Positions 24,868 through 39,400 of a stretch of DNA of 64,000 nt are shown here, in pieces. The notes under the pieces are model-generated. The model had not been told where the DNA came from, made no database searches, and worked only from the letters and a program-made list of their open reading frames with translations. Every line of letters starts with the position of its first letter. Positions within the stretch are counted from its first letter, which is position 1. The position numbers were made by a program, and so were the translations under genes. The stretch comes from Leucoraja erinacea (taxonomy: Eukaryota), in the NCBI RefSeq assembly GCF_028641065.1, contig NC_073384.1, positions 39,246,001 to 39,310,000 of the forward strand, given 5' to 3'.

Positions 24868-27117
24868 TAGAGTCAGGATGTTTAGGCGCTAAAAAACTGA
24901 AATAGGCAGGCAAAAAGGCATAATAAATTACAAAAAAACACAAAAAAGGCAATTATTGACAAAAATAAGGCATAAAAAGGCATGTATTTCCATCACCAAA
25001 ATATGGTCAAAAATGATAATATAAAGATATTCTACATTAAATTACCAAAGTTGCCTGGTTGCACATATTTACTAGCATTTTTTTCAAATTATCTGGTGTT
25101 AAACTATGCCGTCTGTCAGACAGAATATGCTTCAGTTGTGAAAAACTTCTTTCTACCTCGGCTGAGGTCACTGGTGCATACCCGAAACAAGCTACCGACT
25201 CTATATTCATGTCGATATCTTGTGCATTACAACTACCTTTGAGAACTTTAGCTATGTTTTGTATTTCTTCAAGATCTTTGTTAGCGAAAATCGTTCCCTC
25301 ACATTTTCCTTGTATATCTTTACCTACATCACCAGGAATTTTACGGATATCGTCAGTTACTTTGTTGAAAACCTTCAAGTTATTCACTAATGTTTCGCCA
25401 CATTTCTCAAGGGAAGTGATAGCTTGTGGGAAGTTTGCAAAAATGGAAGCAATAAACACAAGATCGTGGTGGAGGGACTTTTTCTGCATGATTTCACTGA
25501 CGATCCTGACTGCAGCAGATTCTTCTTCTTCAAAACAATTGACGATTTATTTTGCCATTTCCTTGAACAACTGCACACGTGACGGTGCTTTGAGGAAGAT
25601 TTTCTTGACATTGGAAACTAAGCGATTGACATTTGGAAACAAGCTACGTTTGTGCTTGGCAATTCTATGAAGTCCTTGAGCAGAGCATGTCAAATGCAAC
25701 ATTTTGGGGAATAAAACTTTAAGAGCACGAGCAGGTTATTTCATGTATGGAGCTGCATCAGTCACAAACAGAAGAACATTCTCGTGTTTTATACCTTCTG
25801 GCCAAAGTACAGCAAGTGCAGATGTAAACAGCAGAGCAATAGTTGAACTGACTTCTCCAATCCAATGTCAACAAATACTCCTTTGATGGTTGACCTGCCT
25901 CCAGTGTAATGATGACAGCATCGGTTGTCTCGCCTATTGGGATCCATATTTTGTTGCATGCAACTTAATCTCTAATTTTCTGCACAACAATATTGAAGTT
26001 GCTGTCAACATAATTTTTCCGTAATGATTACTCGCTCAATATATGTTCCTCTGTGTATTTCTCTAAAAAATCTCTGATTTGTTTTCCAATTTCCACAGTG
26101 GCATTCCAGCATCAATGAATGCCTTGCACAGATCACTCGAAAACTCAGACTTGCGACTGGAGCCAGCAGTAAATGTAGTGATGCTTGGGTATTTCGCTTG
26201 GGTAGTCTACACCCCACTGTATCAACAGAATGGTGAATCTCTGGAACTCTCTGCCACAGAAGGTAGTTGAGGCCAGTTCATTGGCTATATTTAAGAGGGA
26301 GTTAGATGTGACCCCTGTGGCTAAAGGGATCAGGGGGTATGGAGAGAAGGCAGGTACGGGATACTGAGTTGGATGATCAGCCATGATCATATTGAATGGC
26401 GGTGCAGGCTCCAAGGGCCAAATGGCCTACTCCTGCACCCATTTTCTATGTATATATGTAACATTGACTTTTCTAATTTTAGATAGCCTTTGTTTTCTCC
26501 CTCCTCCCCCTCACCCTTCCCAGCTCTCCTTCTAGTCCTACTGTCTCCGCATCTTTCTTTCATTTTTCCCGGAGAGTCGGAGGCTCCCCCGCGGCCACAA
26601 CAGTCTGAAGAAGGGCTTCTGCGGCGGCGACCTGAAATGGTCGCCTGACACCACTTCCTGGAATTTCTCCATAGACCCGGTGTGCGATCTCACCCCGCTG
26701 ACTTTTGGCCGCGGGACTTGCCATCGCCAGCTATGACTTTTATGTCTACCTTTTATTTTTCCAGCATCTGCATGTTTCTTTCTTAATTATAGATCTTGGA
26801 GAAGGTTGAACCAGCGGGCAACGGCATGAACGAATGAACGGCCGATGGTGGCACCCCGGGTTTTGCCCCGGTGGTGGAAATATTCTTGTAAGTTATACTA
26901 TGTCAACACATTAATAATAACTTATTAATATTAATGTGTTAACATGGAAAACATCATTGTAATCACGGTACAATTAGAGAAAATAGCACAACCTTTTAAC
27001 AAAATGCCAAAAAATGGCTGATTTAGGCACTCGATCGTGACAAAGGCATTATCTTGGTGAAATCATCAAAAAAGGCATGAAAAGGCACAAGGCATTTATG
27101 GCAAAATCCTGGCTCTA
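24868..27117 (-). mobile_element. Degenerate hAT-superfamily DNA transposon in qpct intron 4
   Basis: 8-bp TSD GTCATTAG (24860-24867, 27118-27125); TIRs TAGAGTCAGGAT / ATCCTGGCTCTA; minus-strand transposase remnants VTDAAPYMK, HLTCSAQGLH and dimerisation motif APVTSAEVERSFS; interrupted by other repeats at about 26228-26790. Confidence 0.92.
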
Positions 27118-27906
27118 GTCATTAGCTTCAGGCAGATCTTATTGTAAGGAATGATCAGATTCAAAAATGCTGCATATTTAACCCTGGATAACTGTGGTGT
27201 TACACAAACTGGCAATACAAATACTGAACGATTGTACAAACTGAAAGGAAAGGCAGTAAGAAGGTGGAAACATAATTATTGTGTATTCTAGTACATGAGT
27301 CATTGAGCTTAAAATAAATCTGATTATTTGACCTTGTACAGACTTTATCATGTTTCACTTTTAAAACTGTGTTGACTTTTGTGCTGATGCTTGATCAAAA
27401 TGCGGTTTGGCAATGGAGCAAATGTCTAATTCCCATTATAACGTGACTTGATTTTTGGATTGGTCACACTTTGGAGTATATAATTAAAGGTTATCTTATC
27501 TAACTGATGAAAGGAATTCATGGTGCTCCAAGAAGAGTTTGTTCCAATTCCAGGAACCACAATCAGTCTGAAGAAAGGTCCCGACCCGAAACATCACCTA
27601 TTCATGTTCTCCATAGCTGCTAGCTGTGTGGAGTTCGCATGTTCCCCCTGTGACCTTATGGGGTTCCTCTGTGTGCTCTGGTTTCCTCCTACAATCCAAA
27701 GATATAAAGGTTTGTAGGATAATTGGCTTCTGTGAATTGCCCCCAGTGTGTAGGGAGTGTATGCAAAACTGGGAAAATATTGAACTTGTGAGAATGGGTG
27801 ATCGATGGTTGGTGTGGTCTTTCTGGCCCGTGGGTATGGTTTCCATGCTGTATTTTTAAACTAAACTAAACTAAATTAATTTAACAATTCTTTGTATTAC
27901 CATTAG

Positions 27907-28011
<105 letters not shown>

Positions 28012-29854
28012 TAAAGTTAATACAATATTATTTATTAATATATTGGTGGCTTTTATATGTTTCTTTTATATTAATGCTATTTTGCACTTTGCTTCTTCTG
28101 CTTTTTTCGTTGTAAATTGCTGGTCCTGGGGAGGTTTCAGCAACCTTTCCCTCAGAGATATTGGAACAATATGGTTGGAGCAGACTTTACAAAACACACT
28201 CATCTCATTTGGCTCTACACATAAATCACTTCATTTGTCCTTGAATGAACAGACCTGTTATTTCCCTCGCTAGCCTCTTGATACTAACACAAGTATAATA
28301 TATTGGGAAATAGAACGTAGAACCATACTTGAAGAAGGGTTTCGGCCCGAAACGTCGCCTATTTCCTTCGCTCCATAGATGCTGCTGCACCCGCTGAGTT
28401 TCTCCAGCAATTTTGTGTACCTTCGATCATCCAGCATCTGCAGTTCCTTCTTGAACACGTAGAACCATACTCCTCAGGAACAGGTTCTTCATCTCACAAT
28501 GTCTGTGCTAAACATGATGCCAAGACCAACTCTTATCGACCTACACATAACCCATATTCCTTCACTCCCTGCATATTCATGTGCCTATACAAAAGTATAT
28601 TAAATGCCACTATCGTATCTGCCTCCACTACCACCCCTGGCAGTGCGTTACAGGCACTTACCACCCTCTATATAAAAAAAATGTGACCTGCACGGCTCCG
28701 TTAAACTTTGCCCCTCTCACTATACCCTCTAATATTTGATATTTCCATCCTGAGGAAAACGGTTCTGACCGGCCATTAAAAGTCTGAGTAAGTGTTCTCC
28801 AGTTTGTTTTATGTTTGAAGATGGGAAGGAGGTCAGGAGTAACTTTTTTTCAATTTCTTACCTTGCTGGAGATGCGATTATTTTCCGGATCGCATCTCTG
28901 GCCGATCTGCGGCCTACCATCGATGGAGCTGTAGGCCTCCTCAGACTGACTTTATGCCCCACTTTGCGCCCGATGGCATGAACTTAACATCGGAGCCGAT
29001 CCCTTGCCTGGGATCGCTCCAAACGTGGTCTGCGGACTTACCATCAAGGGCTCACAGTCTCGGGAGCTAGTCGGGAGCTCCAACAGTGCAGAGGCTTGAC
29101 CAGCCCTGACGCGGGGTCCGATCTCTGGCACAGGGGAGCTGGCATCCCCCCGTTGCAGGAGCTGATTGCTCCGATGTGGATGGCCAAAACTCCGATGGCT
29201 ACGGGAGTCAAGATCGTCCCGTCAACGGTAGGCTCAAGGCCCCCGCCCGCGGGAGAGCTAACAAGGGAAGAAATTTGAACTTTTTTTCGCCTTCCATCAC
29301 AGTGAGGAATGTGGAGGAGTCACTGTGGTGGATGTTTATGTTAAAATGTATTTTGTGTGTCCTGTTGCTTTTTATTTGTATGACTGACTTGGCAAATGAA
29401 ATTGCTCATGTGTTGCAAAACATACTTGGCTAATAAATATTATTGTGATTATGATTGTGATTGGGATATGTACAGGGCACTTTTTTAACCTGGAGGATGG
29501 CAAGTGCCTGGAACACGCTGCCAGGGGTGGTGGTGGAAGCAGGCATGATAATGGATATTTAAGTGAACGTAGAGGCAGATGAGAGTTGATCTTGACGTTA
29601 TGCTCGGCACAGACATTGTGGGCCGAAGGGTCTGTTTCTGCGTTATACTTTTCTACGTTCTAATGGATTAACTAAAAAAATGGGAGAACTGGAGAGAAGA
29701 TGATACCAGATTGTAAGAGATCATTAATCAGGAGCATGAATTTATCAACCAATGGATAGCTCACTGCTAATCGTTAATGTGAAATTCAGAATAAATTTGA
29801 TTTTAGTGCAATTCATGTAGATTACTTCCGTTTCTAGAAAATCTTAATTATAGA

Positions 29855-30530
29855 CAATAGACAATGGACAATAGGTGCAGGAGTAGGCCATTCGGCCCTT
29901 CGAGCCAGCACCGCCATTCAATGTGATCATGGCTGATCATCCACAATCAGTACCCCGTTCCTGCCTTCTCTCCATATCCCCTGACTCCGCTATCATTAAG
30001 AGCTCTATCAAACTCTCTTGAAAGCATCCAGAGAACCGGCCTCCACCGCCTTCTGAGACAGAGATTTCCACAGACTCACAACTCTCTGTGTGAAAATGTT
30101 TTTCCTCATCTCCGTTTGAAATGGCTTACCTTTTATTCTTAAACTGTGGCCCTTGGTTCTGGACTCCCCCAACATCGGGAACAGGTTTCCTGCCTCTAGT
30201 GTGCCCAAACCCTGAATAATCCTATATGTTTCAATAAGATCCCCTTCCATCCTAAATTCCAGACTATACAAGCCCAGCTGCTCCATTCTATCAACATATG
30301 ACAGTCCCGCCATCCCGGGAATTAACCTGGTGAACCTACGCTGCACTCCCTCAATAGCAAGAATGTCCTTCCTCAAATTTGGAGACCAAAATTGTACACA
30401 ATATTCCAGGTGTGGTCTCACTAGGATCCTGTACAACTGCAGAAGGACCTTTTTGCTCCTATACTCAACTCCTCTTGTTATGAAGGCCAACATGCCATTT
30501 GCTTTCTTCACTGCCTGCTGTACCTGCATT
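29855..30530 (-). mobile_element. CR1/HER1 LINE 3' fragment
   Basis: ORF 30008-30529 with [15 protein letters not shown] and the standard CR1 3' tail. Confidence 0.92.
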
Positions 30531-30648
30531 ATGTGAATTTTTCAATGTTGTAACTGCAGCAGGACAAAGTAATTATGTACTGATACTGCAAGGAAACAAA
30601 GATACCTCTAAATTGCAACATACCAACTTGCTTAACTTTGTCTAACAG

Positions 30649-30765
30649 AGCAAAATCTGCATCATCTGGGGTTACTGAAAGAACATCCCAACGAGGTGAA
30701 GTATTTCTGGCCAAAAATGCCATCTATGTACGTTAACGATGATCATGATCCATTTGCACAAAGAG
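30649..30765 (+). CDS. qpct: QPCT-like exon 6
   Basis: ctaacag acceptor, gtacgt donor; (E)QNLHHLGLLKEHPNEVKYFWPKMPSMYVNDDHDPFAQR(G), with DDHxPF motif; 117 nt. Confidence 0.93.
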
Positions 30766-33700
30766 GTACGTTGTGGATTAGGTCAAGGGGGGAGGAAACT
30801 GGGAGGAGGAAACTTTTCCTCTGTAATGTGTGGTAAAACTGTTAATCCATTTACTCAGTGTGACGTTCTTGGTTTTGTACATTGTACCCCAATTTATTGG
30901 GCAACTGAATGGGATCAATTGGATAATGTTTTTGAAGAACTGGCTCAGGTAAGTCAAGTAAATGGCCTTTTGTTGGCTGTGGGATTCATTTATACTTCCT
31001 AATTGTTTCATACCTTTTTTAATTCACCTGCCTGTGACAGTGCATAGCTGTCCTGAAGAGACAGAACCCTGTTCAGAATATATACGTCAATAAGCATAAA
31101 CAACACTGCAAATCTGTATAAACAGCTTCTAGTGTTTCCCTCCAACATCATGTTGTCCATTACCTCATCTCTACGGGTAAAGGAGGGTTTTGCAATACAG
31201 CCAACCACTTGCTCTGAGGTTAAGTATTACAACAAGCGACGTGGATCATCCTTTTCCTCATCTGAGTCCTAAGTAATATCAATCAATCAATATTTATTAC
31301 ATGTCATTTGAACCTCAATGAGGCTCAAACGAAACTCCGTTTCCACAGCCCCTTATCCTATGACAATACACCTTCGATCTCGATTCCTTTGCTGGAAGAA
31401 ATAGCCTGTCAGCATCCACTCTGTGACTTCCTCTCAGAGCTAGCATCTCCTCATCCTTTGAAAGTTATGAAGCCAGTTTCAATCATTTTTTCAATCGTGG
31501 CATCTAATCTCATGGACTAATTCCTATTAAAGTGCAAAACCTGAATTTTCCCCACATTATAATCCATGACCATAAGGCATTTGAGCAGAATTAGGCCATT
31601 TGGCCTATCGATCATGGCAGATCTATTTTTCCCTCTCAATCTCATTCTCCTGCTTTCACTCCATAATCTTTGAAGCCAAAGCTTTGAACCTTTCAACCAT
31701 CTGCTAGCTTCTCGTTCACTCACTTAGCCTGACCAACATACCTGGCCTATAATCTCTCATTTATTTTCCTTCCTCCTTTCTTAAATAGTGGCATACATTT
31801 GCCGCCTTCCAATCTGCAGGGATGGTTCAGAGCATTATCACCACTGCTGCACTTGTGCAAAGACTCATCTCTTTCAGAATCCATGGATAAGGGACATCAA
31901 ATTAAGGAGGGATTTTTTTTGATTCTTTGATCACTATCCTTTCTTTGGTAACCTCTTTAGTGATATTACTATCATTCATTATCATTAAATACTTGATTTA
32001 CCTCCAATTTCTGCTACATTTATTCTGTTTTCTGCAATGAAGTTAATAATGTTTAATTTCTCAACCACAATTTCCTGATTATAATTTCTCCTCTCATTAT
32101 GTCTATGGGAGCTGCAATTCTTCTTCTTTATGGTATTGAAGAAAAACTCAACTATTTTTTTTAGAATCATAGAACATCAAACAGAGAAAAGGTGATCATT
32201 GTGCATGACTGATCAATAAAAAGATACTCAGAGGGCCCAGAAGTGGATCAGCAATCACTCATTACAACTCGTTCCACTCTTTTAAACCTCTGCTCCAACC
32301 GTAGATTCACTTTATTTGGAATCTACACACTGAGGATGGCTTGATTGTAATCATGTATAGTCTATCTGCTGACTGTTTAGCACGCAACAAAAAGGTTTCA
32401 CTGTACCTCGGTACACGTGGCAGTAAACAAAACTAATCTAATCTGCCTGGTTCTAAAATGTTACATCTCTGTGCAGTACAATTCTTCTCACTAACAGAAC
32501 GTAGTTTCAGTTTTTAGTTTTAGAGATACAGCGCAGAAACAGGCCATTCGGCCCACTGAGTCTGCACCGACCAGAGATCCCCGCACATTAACACTATCAT
32601 ACATACACTAGGGAGAATTTACATTTATACCATGCCAAATAACCAACAAACATGTATGTCTTTGGAATGTGGGAGGAAACCGAAGACCTGGGCTTATATT
32701 CACTGGAATTTAGAACGATGGGAGGGGATCTTATAGAAACATATAAAATTCTTAAGGGATTGGACAGGCTAGATGCAGGAAAAATGGTCCCGATGTTGGG
32801 GAGTCCAAAACCAGGGCTCACAGTGGAAGAATAGGTGATAGGCTGTGTAAAGTACTGTTAACACTGAGTCATAGAACTTTATAATAAGTACTTTAATCAG
32901 AATACATACAGAGGCCATAACAACAGGTACTGTAGGCTCAAAGTCGTAGCTCAAACGGAAAGCATGGTTGCTTACATTTCACAGGATGGAAACCCGACAT
33001 GGATTAGGGATCGGGTCCTAATTAGCAAAACCAGACATGGATTATATCAGCAATAGTGATTGATCTACGTAGGCCATTTAGGACTGAAATGAGGAAAAAC
33101 GTTTTCAGCCAGAGAGTTGTGAATCTGTGGAATTCTCTGCCACAGAAGGCAGTGGAGGTCAATTCACTGGATGTTTTCAAGAAAAAGTTAGATATAGCTC
33201 TAGATATAGAGCTAACAGAATCAAAGGATATGGGGAGAAAGCAGGAACGGGGTACTGATTTTGGATGATCAGCCATGATCATATTGAATGGCAGTCTTGG
33301 CTCAAAAGGCCGAATGGTCTACTCCTTTACCTATTTTCTATGTTTCTATCTCGGAGAAAACCCGCGCAGTCACGGGGAGAATGTACAAACTCCATACAAA
33401 CAGCACCCATAGTCGGTATTGAACCAGGGTCTCCAGCATTGCAAGCGCTGAAAGGCAGCAACTCTACCTTTGCGCCACCATGCCACCCATTGTCTCTGGA
33501 ACATGTAAACCAGCATCTGCATAGAACCGTGTAGCACAGGAACAGGCCCTTTACGTCACAATGTCCATGCCGAACATTGTTGGCCAAAAATCAACTAAAG
33601 AGATACCCAGACTAATCCCACCTATCATAGTCATTGAGTCTAAAAGTGTGGATATAGGTCCTTTGACACAACTTGCTCACGTCAACCAACACGCCCGATC

Positions 33701-34429
33701 TACACTAGTCCCACCCGCCTGTGCTTGGCCCATAACCATATAAACCTTTCCTATCCATATACTTGCCCAAACATCTCTTAAATGTTATGCTCGCGTTACA
33801 AGGTCATTAACCCCTTCAAAACAAAATTAGAAGCTGCTCCTTTTTATCCAATATAATGATTAGACTCTTTCGTTAACACAGACGATACTTTTCTCTTAAA
33901 GGCTTAGATCTTGAGGAAATGTACAATTACTGAGAATCTTGAATTGCTTCTTGAAGTGTTTGCCATTGTTGATCTACTGCCAATTCCTTTAATATCATGT
34001 TCCAACATTTATATTCAATTCTCTTCCCAAAAGCAAGAAATTGGCTTTATTCAACCAAAAATGTAGTTTCTGATCTGTACATCTCTCAGATTGTACAGAC
34101 AATTCTACTACATGTGATCTTTTGCATGGAATATTAACTACAAGATTACTGATTAATCTTGTCCCAATGCACAAAAAAAGTCTAAGACAGCTTGTTCCCT
34201 AGTTGGTTTCATGATGTACTGTTCTAAAAAAAAATGTACACTACCATATTGTTATCGTTATTAGATAAAAATTAAAACAGAAAGTGTTTGTGTTCCTTCT
34301 TGCTAAGCAAATCTACTGCTTAATAGTACGGGATTTAACTGAAAATGTAAGGGGGAGAATGACATGGTGATTAATAATGCAAGTCAGAAGAAGAAAGATT
34401 GAGACAGTAGGTTCCGTAGTGATCAATTC

Positions 34430-35635
34430 ATTCCAAAAAGGAAGAAATATTCTAAGGGGAGTAGGAGGCAACCGTGGCTGACAAGAGAAGTTAGGGATAG
34501 AATAAAACTAAAAGAAAAGATGTATAACACAGCAAAGAGTAGCCAGAAGCCAGAGGATTTGGAAATGTTCATAGGACAACAGAAGGAATCAAAACGGGCA
34601 ATACGGTCTGAAAAGATGAAGTATGAGGGGAAGCTGGCCAGGAATATAAAGAAGGACAGTAAAAGCGAGAGGGAAAATGGGGAATTACAAACCAGTTAGC
34701 CTGACCGGTGGTGGGAAAGATGCTGGAGTCATTTATTAAAGAGGTAATAATGGGGCATTTGGATAGCAGTAAAAGGATTAGTCTAAGTCAACATGGATTT
34801 ATGAAAGAAAATCATGTTTGACTAATCTTCTGGAATTTTTTGAGGATGTGACAAGTAAAATGGATGAAGGGGTGCCAGTGGATGTAGTGTATCTAGACTT
34901 TCAGAAAGCCTTTGGTAAGGTCCAGCACGGGAGACTGGTGACTAAAATTAGAGCACATGGTATTGGGGGTAGGGTGTTGACGTGGATAGAAAATTGGTTG
35001 ACAGACAGGAAGCAAAGAGTAGGAGTGAACGGGTCTTTTTTAGAATGGCAGGCAGTGGCGAGTGGAGTGCCGCAAGGCTCTGGTAAGACTCTGGTAAGGC
35101 AGTTTTGCTCTCCTAATTTGAGGAAGGGCATCCATGTGATTGAGGCAGTGCAGCGTAGGTTCACGAGAATGATCCCTGGGATGGCGGGACTGTCATAGGA
35201 GGAAAGATTGAAAAGACTAGGCTTGTATTCACTGGAGTTTAGAAGGATGAGGGGTTATCTTATAGAAACATATAAAATTATAAAAGGACTGGACAAGCTA
35301 AATGCAGGAAAAATCCCATTGTTGGGCGAGTCCAGAACCACGGGCCACGGTCTTAGAGGCCATTTAAGACGGAGGTGAGAAAAAACATTTTCACCCAGAG
35401 TTGTGAATTTGTGGAATTCCCTGCCACAGAGGGCAGTGGAGACCACATCACTGGATGGATTTAAGAGAGAGTTAGATAGAGCTCTATGGGCTAGTGGAAT
35501 CAAGGGATATGGGGAGAAGGCAGGCACGGGTTATTGATTGGGGACGATCAGCCATGATCACTATGAATGGCGGTGCTGGCTCATAGGGCCAAATGGCCTC
35601 CTCCTGCACCTGTTTTCTATGTCTATGTTTTCTAT
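34430..35635 (+). mobile_element. CR1/HER1 LINE, internally deleted
   Basis: TNLLEFFEDVT, VYLDFQKAF, SGVPQGS and a 3' tail with (TTCTATG)n. Confidence 0.92.
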
Positions 35636-35798
35636 GTGACAACAGCAGTGAATGATTAGAGTTTCAGATCCATGGCATGATCAAAAAAGTAACTGAAGAA
35701 TGAATGTCTTTGAGTACCTTGTTAAAGTTCTTACATTTCATGATCATATGTTATACGAAAAAAAATCAATGCAACCCATCACTGTTTTTGTTTTATAG

Positions 35799-35944
35799 GT
35801 GTTCCCATTCTGCATATCATTCCTACCCCCTTTCCTCAAGTGTGGCACAGCTTGGAGGATAATGAAATCAATCTAGATCCAATAACCATTGATAACCTTA
35901 ACAAAATACTGCAGGTATTTGTTTATGCGTATCTCAGACTGTAA
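35799..35944 (+). CDS. qpct: QPCT-like exon 7 (last coding exon)
   Basis: ttttatag acceptor; (G)VPILHIIPTPFPQVWHSLEDNEINLDPITIDNLNKILQVFVYAYLRL*; Zn-ligand His in VWH; TAA at 35942-35944. The seven exons sum to 1083 nt in frame. Confidence 0.96.
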
Positions 35945-36595
35945 TTTGCACCGAGCACAAAAAAAAGTAACTATGATTATTAAGCACTTCAAACAAAGTA
36001 GAAGTTGGCAGCAGTAGTCCCAGTAGCCTTAATGAAGGTAGGATTTACAAATTAACAAAACTTGCTCTCTATTAATACTAGTTCACATTTAATGTGTTTA
36101 TTGGTCTAATACTTATTGCTAATTAACAAAAGATTCATCTTTGACAATTTGTGGAAAAAATGGATATCAATTGATGCTAACTAATGAAAGCTTCAAGCTA
36201 TGCATTCTTGGAACACAAGGCACACACTGTATCAGATTTTTTTGGTGACTTTGTTTTAGTATAGGTTAAAATATTTTTTGGTGAAATGTAGAAGTTCAAT
36301 GCCTTTAAAATATATCATTTTGCTAGCATTTTTAATATTTGACCACTTTGGTAAAGTACTAGTGTAATTGTAAAATTAGGTGAAAGTGTGTTTTTCGATG
36401 TGACGAGATCATCAGTTCAATGTTTGTTGTTTGAAGTTATAAATATGGAAGAGATGATCCTACACAGGTTAAGAAAAGCACAACTACAAAGATAACTGCA
36501 TGGCATAACTACATGAAAAGCATAACTATATGGTAGTATATTATAAAAACGTCAGAATTAAAAGTTTTGGATTATCTTTGTACTTCAAACCGAGA

Positions 36596-36611
36596 AATAA
36601 ATGAAAATAAA
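36596..36611 (+). terminator. Candidate qpct polyadenylation signals
   Basis: Two closely spaced AATAAA about 650 nt after the stop, in AT-rich unique sequence. Confidence 0.3.
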
Positions 36612-38227
36612 ACACATCTTTTGAGATGCTAATGATAACGAAGAGTAACATTGCAGCGCTTCCACCAATAAGTGCTTGGATTAACCTGGCCTCAAAATAC
36701 CTGAGTCAACTGAAGTGTTGCCACAAGAAGATCCACTTTGAAGCTTTACAACTCCGACACCTTTGTAACAGCGTCTCAACTGTAATTCCCAGCCTACAGC
36801 AACTGCAAAATGTCCATACTTTATGAAATCATCCACGAATGGCACGTGAGAGGTCTCTTAGCTTCTCTAATAATAAGAACTGGGACCAATTTATGAAAAT
36901 GACCAAGAAACTGTGGAACTAACTGCAAATGTGACATGCTCTCAGATTTGAAAGTAAGAAAGGTACAAATATTTAATACGTAGCTTTTCCTAACCTGCGA
37001 ATCATCGAGAGATGGTATGTGATATTCATACCCCTTTATTTAAAGTTGATGTTAACAAAGTAGCTGTAATTCAGAAGTGATAGTAATTTTAACCCTGAAC
37101 CTACTTACTAACTCAGATCTTTCTCATAGGCTTCTAAGGGAGACCCTAAGAACAAATAATAAAATACATAAATCTCTTCATTGAGAATAGCAGTGTCTTC
37201 GCATTCATATATACTCTGGGTGTGCCACTTAATTTGGAACTCATGAGTACCTTGCTAGTTCACCATTTAAAATTGGGGCCACAGATATCACTTTGAAACA
37301 TGTTCAGAAAGATTTGCTCTGGCTGCACATATGATAATATGCTAATTATGCCACAATTGCATAATTTTAATTGTAAACATTTAAAATCTGTTCAGAAAGT
37401 GCGAAAATCTGTTCAGTAGTGTACCCAAATCCTGTGGTAACTTAGTATTATTTCAAATCTCTCTATTGCTCTGAAACTTTGTATTATTTTGAGCCACCTA
37501 TCGAACATTAGTTTTAATAATGAAACTTTGAAAAATATTATTCCCTTTCAATAAATGGCATCATCATTCCATTTTTGCAGTCCGGAGAGATAGTCTGAGT
37601 ACGAGATATCAGAACAAAACAGAGAAAGGTAACCCCAAGTGAACTTGAGAGTGGCAGAAATAATGTTTGTATTTTAAATCGGTTTTGTAACCTATTAATA
37701 AACCAACTTTATTTTGCTGATAACATTAATTCTGTACTATATATGAATTAAAACTCAGTTTCAATTCTGCTGCTGAGAGAAACCTTATATTCTGTCGGTT
37801 AATAAAACTAACTCAAAGATCTGACTCAGTTTTTGTCTTGTTTTGAGCAGTTCTGTCAGCTTTTCTTATTTGTTTGGTTTAATATGTAACAAATAACACA
37901 ACCACAAATCACATGCTGGATCATGTCCTTTCAAAACACTCCAATTGTATTTTTCTCTCACTCACTGGCTATGCTTTTTCAATAGAAGGCAGTGATTGAA
38001 AGTTGAGTAGGATCCAAAAGCAGTGGCTCAGCCAGGATCACCTTTGGATAATTCACGTTCTGTGCCCAAAGTGCCCAAGCTAACCCTAGACATGTCTGAC
38101 TGAAATGAGTGCATGGGGTAGTATTTCTTCAAGAGAGAGTCATACAGCATTGAAACGGGCACTGCGGTCCAACTTGTTCATGCTGACCAAGATACCCCAT
38201 CTATACTAGACCCACCTGCCTGCGTTT

Positions 38228-39400
38228 TGTAGCGAGACCAAGCAGGTAGAGCAAAATGTTCTTTATTAACGAAACACTCAAACAGACGAAAAACTCTACA
38301 CGTGTTTCACTTGGTCAGGAATAAACGATCTAAGCTCCTGTCGCCGTGAGGAACACTAGCTACTGAACATACTGAAAAGCCTGCGAACGAACCCTCGGTC
38401 ACGTGACAGTCCCGACCAATGATGAGGGTTCTGAACGCCCAGCTTCACCACTAGGTGCGGCTACATGACCCCCCCTCCCCCCCCCCCCCCCCCCCCCCCG
38501 TGGTGCTGGACATTGGAAGTCTGGCAGGGGGATGCAGGCCCCCCCCCCCCGAAAAAGGTCAAAACGCCAAAACAGTAGGGACGATAGGTCGCGGTTGCCC
38601 CGTGGAGACGTCACAGAGGACAGTAACGCCCAAGGGTCCTAGTGGGATGTCCTCCAGTATCAAACCCGAAACGGCGGTGCGATAGGGAAGCATCTCGTCC
38701 CCGTCCCGTTGCGCAGCGGCCTGGTCAATTCCCGAGGCTAAAGTCAGATAGCATTAATGGCAGGGTGAGATAAGGCGTCAGCGACCTGGTTATGCTTACC
38801 CGCCACATGCTGAATACAGGTGGTGAACTCCGGTATGAAAGCCAAATGTCATTGCTGGCGTGCTGACCAGGGATCGGAGTCCAAATAAGCGGCGAGGACT
38901 ACACTGATGGCGGTGTCAGGGCGGTACCGTGTGGGACACAGGGACAAACGCGGCAGGGAGAACAGGCACAACAGTCAAAGGCGGGAGGGCCGGCGGATGA
39001 CCCCTTCAACGAGGCTGGGACACCAACACTGGGCAGTCGACATCGAGGTGGACTGGCTTAAGGCGGGCCACCGAAACGACCTCCTGACAACCCCTGACAT
39101 CCAGAACGAAAGTCGTGACGCCGAGTTGCCCCACCCTGAAAGGACCCTCGTAAGGGCGCTGCAATGGTGTCCGGTGCGAGTCCCTACAAAAAATAACAAA
39201 TTGGCAGTCTTTGAGGGCAGGCGGGACATAGGAAGGGGCAACCCCGTGGTGAGAGATTGGGACAGGAGGCAGCTTGCCCACCTGCTCATGGAGGTGCACC
39301 AGCACAGACGAAGGGCGGTTACTGCTGCCCCCGTGCCACTGGAACTAATCGCCGGGTACTTTAAGCGGGGAGCCATCAACCAACTCGGTGGGGCTGTGGG
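38228..39400 (-). mobile_element. Gypsy LTR-retrotransposon remnant: LTR, polypurine tract and pol fragments
   Basis: LTR 38228-38465 with TGTAGC...GCTACA termini and a minus-strand AATAAA; adjacent C-run is a minus-strand PPT; integrase C-terminal PLQRPYEGPFRV...VSVARLKP (39006-39305); RNase H end IQHVAGKHNQVADALS (about 38770-38880). Confidence 0.85.

Noticed and set aside
25059-25670. 203-aa plus-strand ORF
   Set aside because: Antisense shadow of the minus-strand hAT transposase remnant
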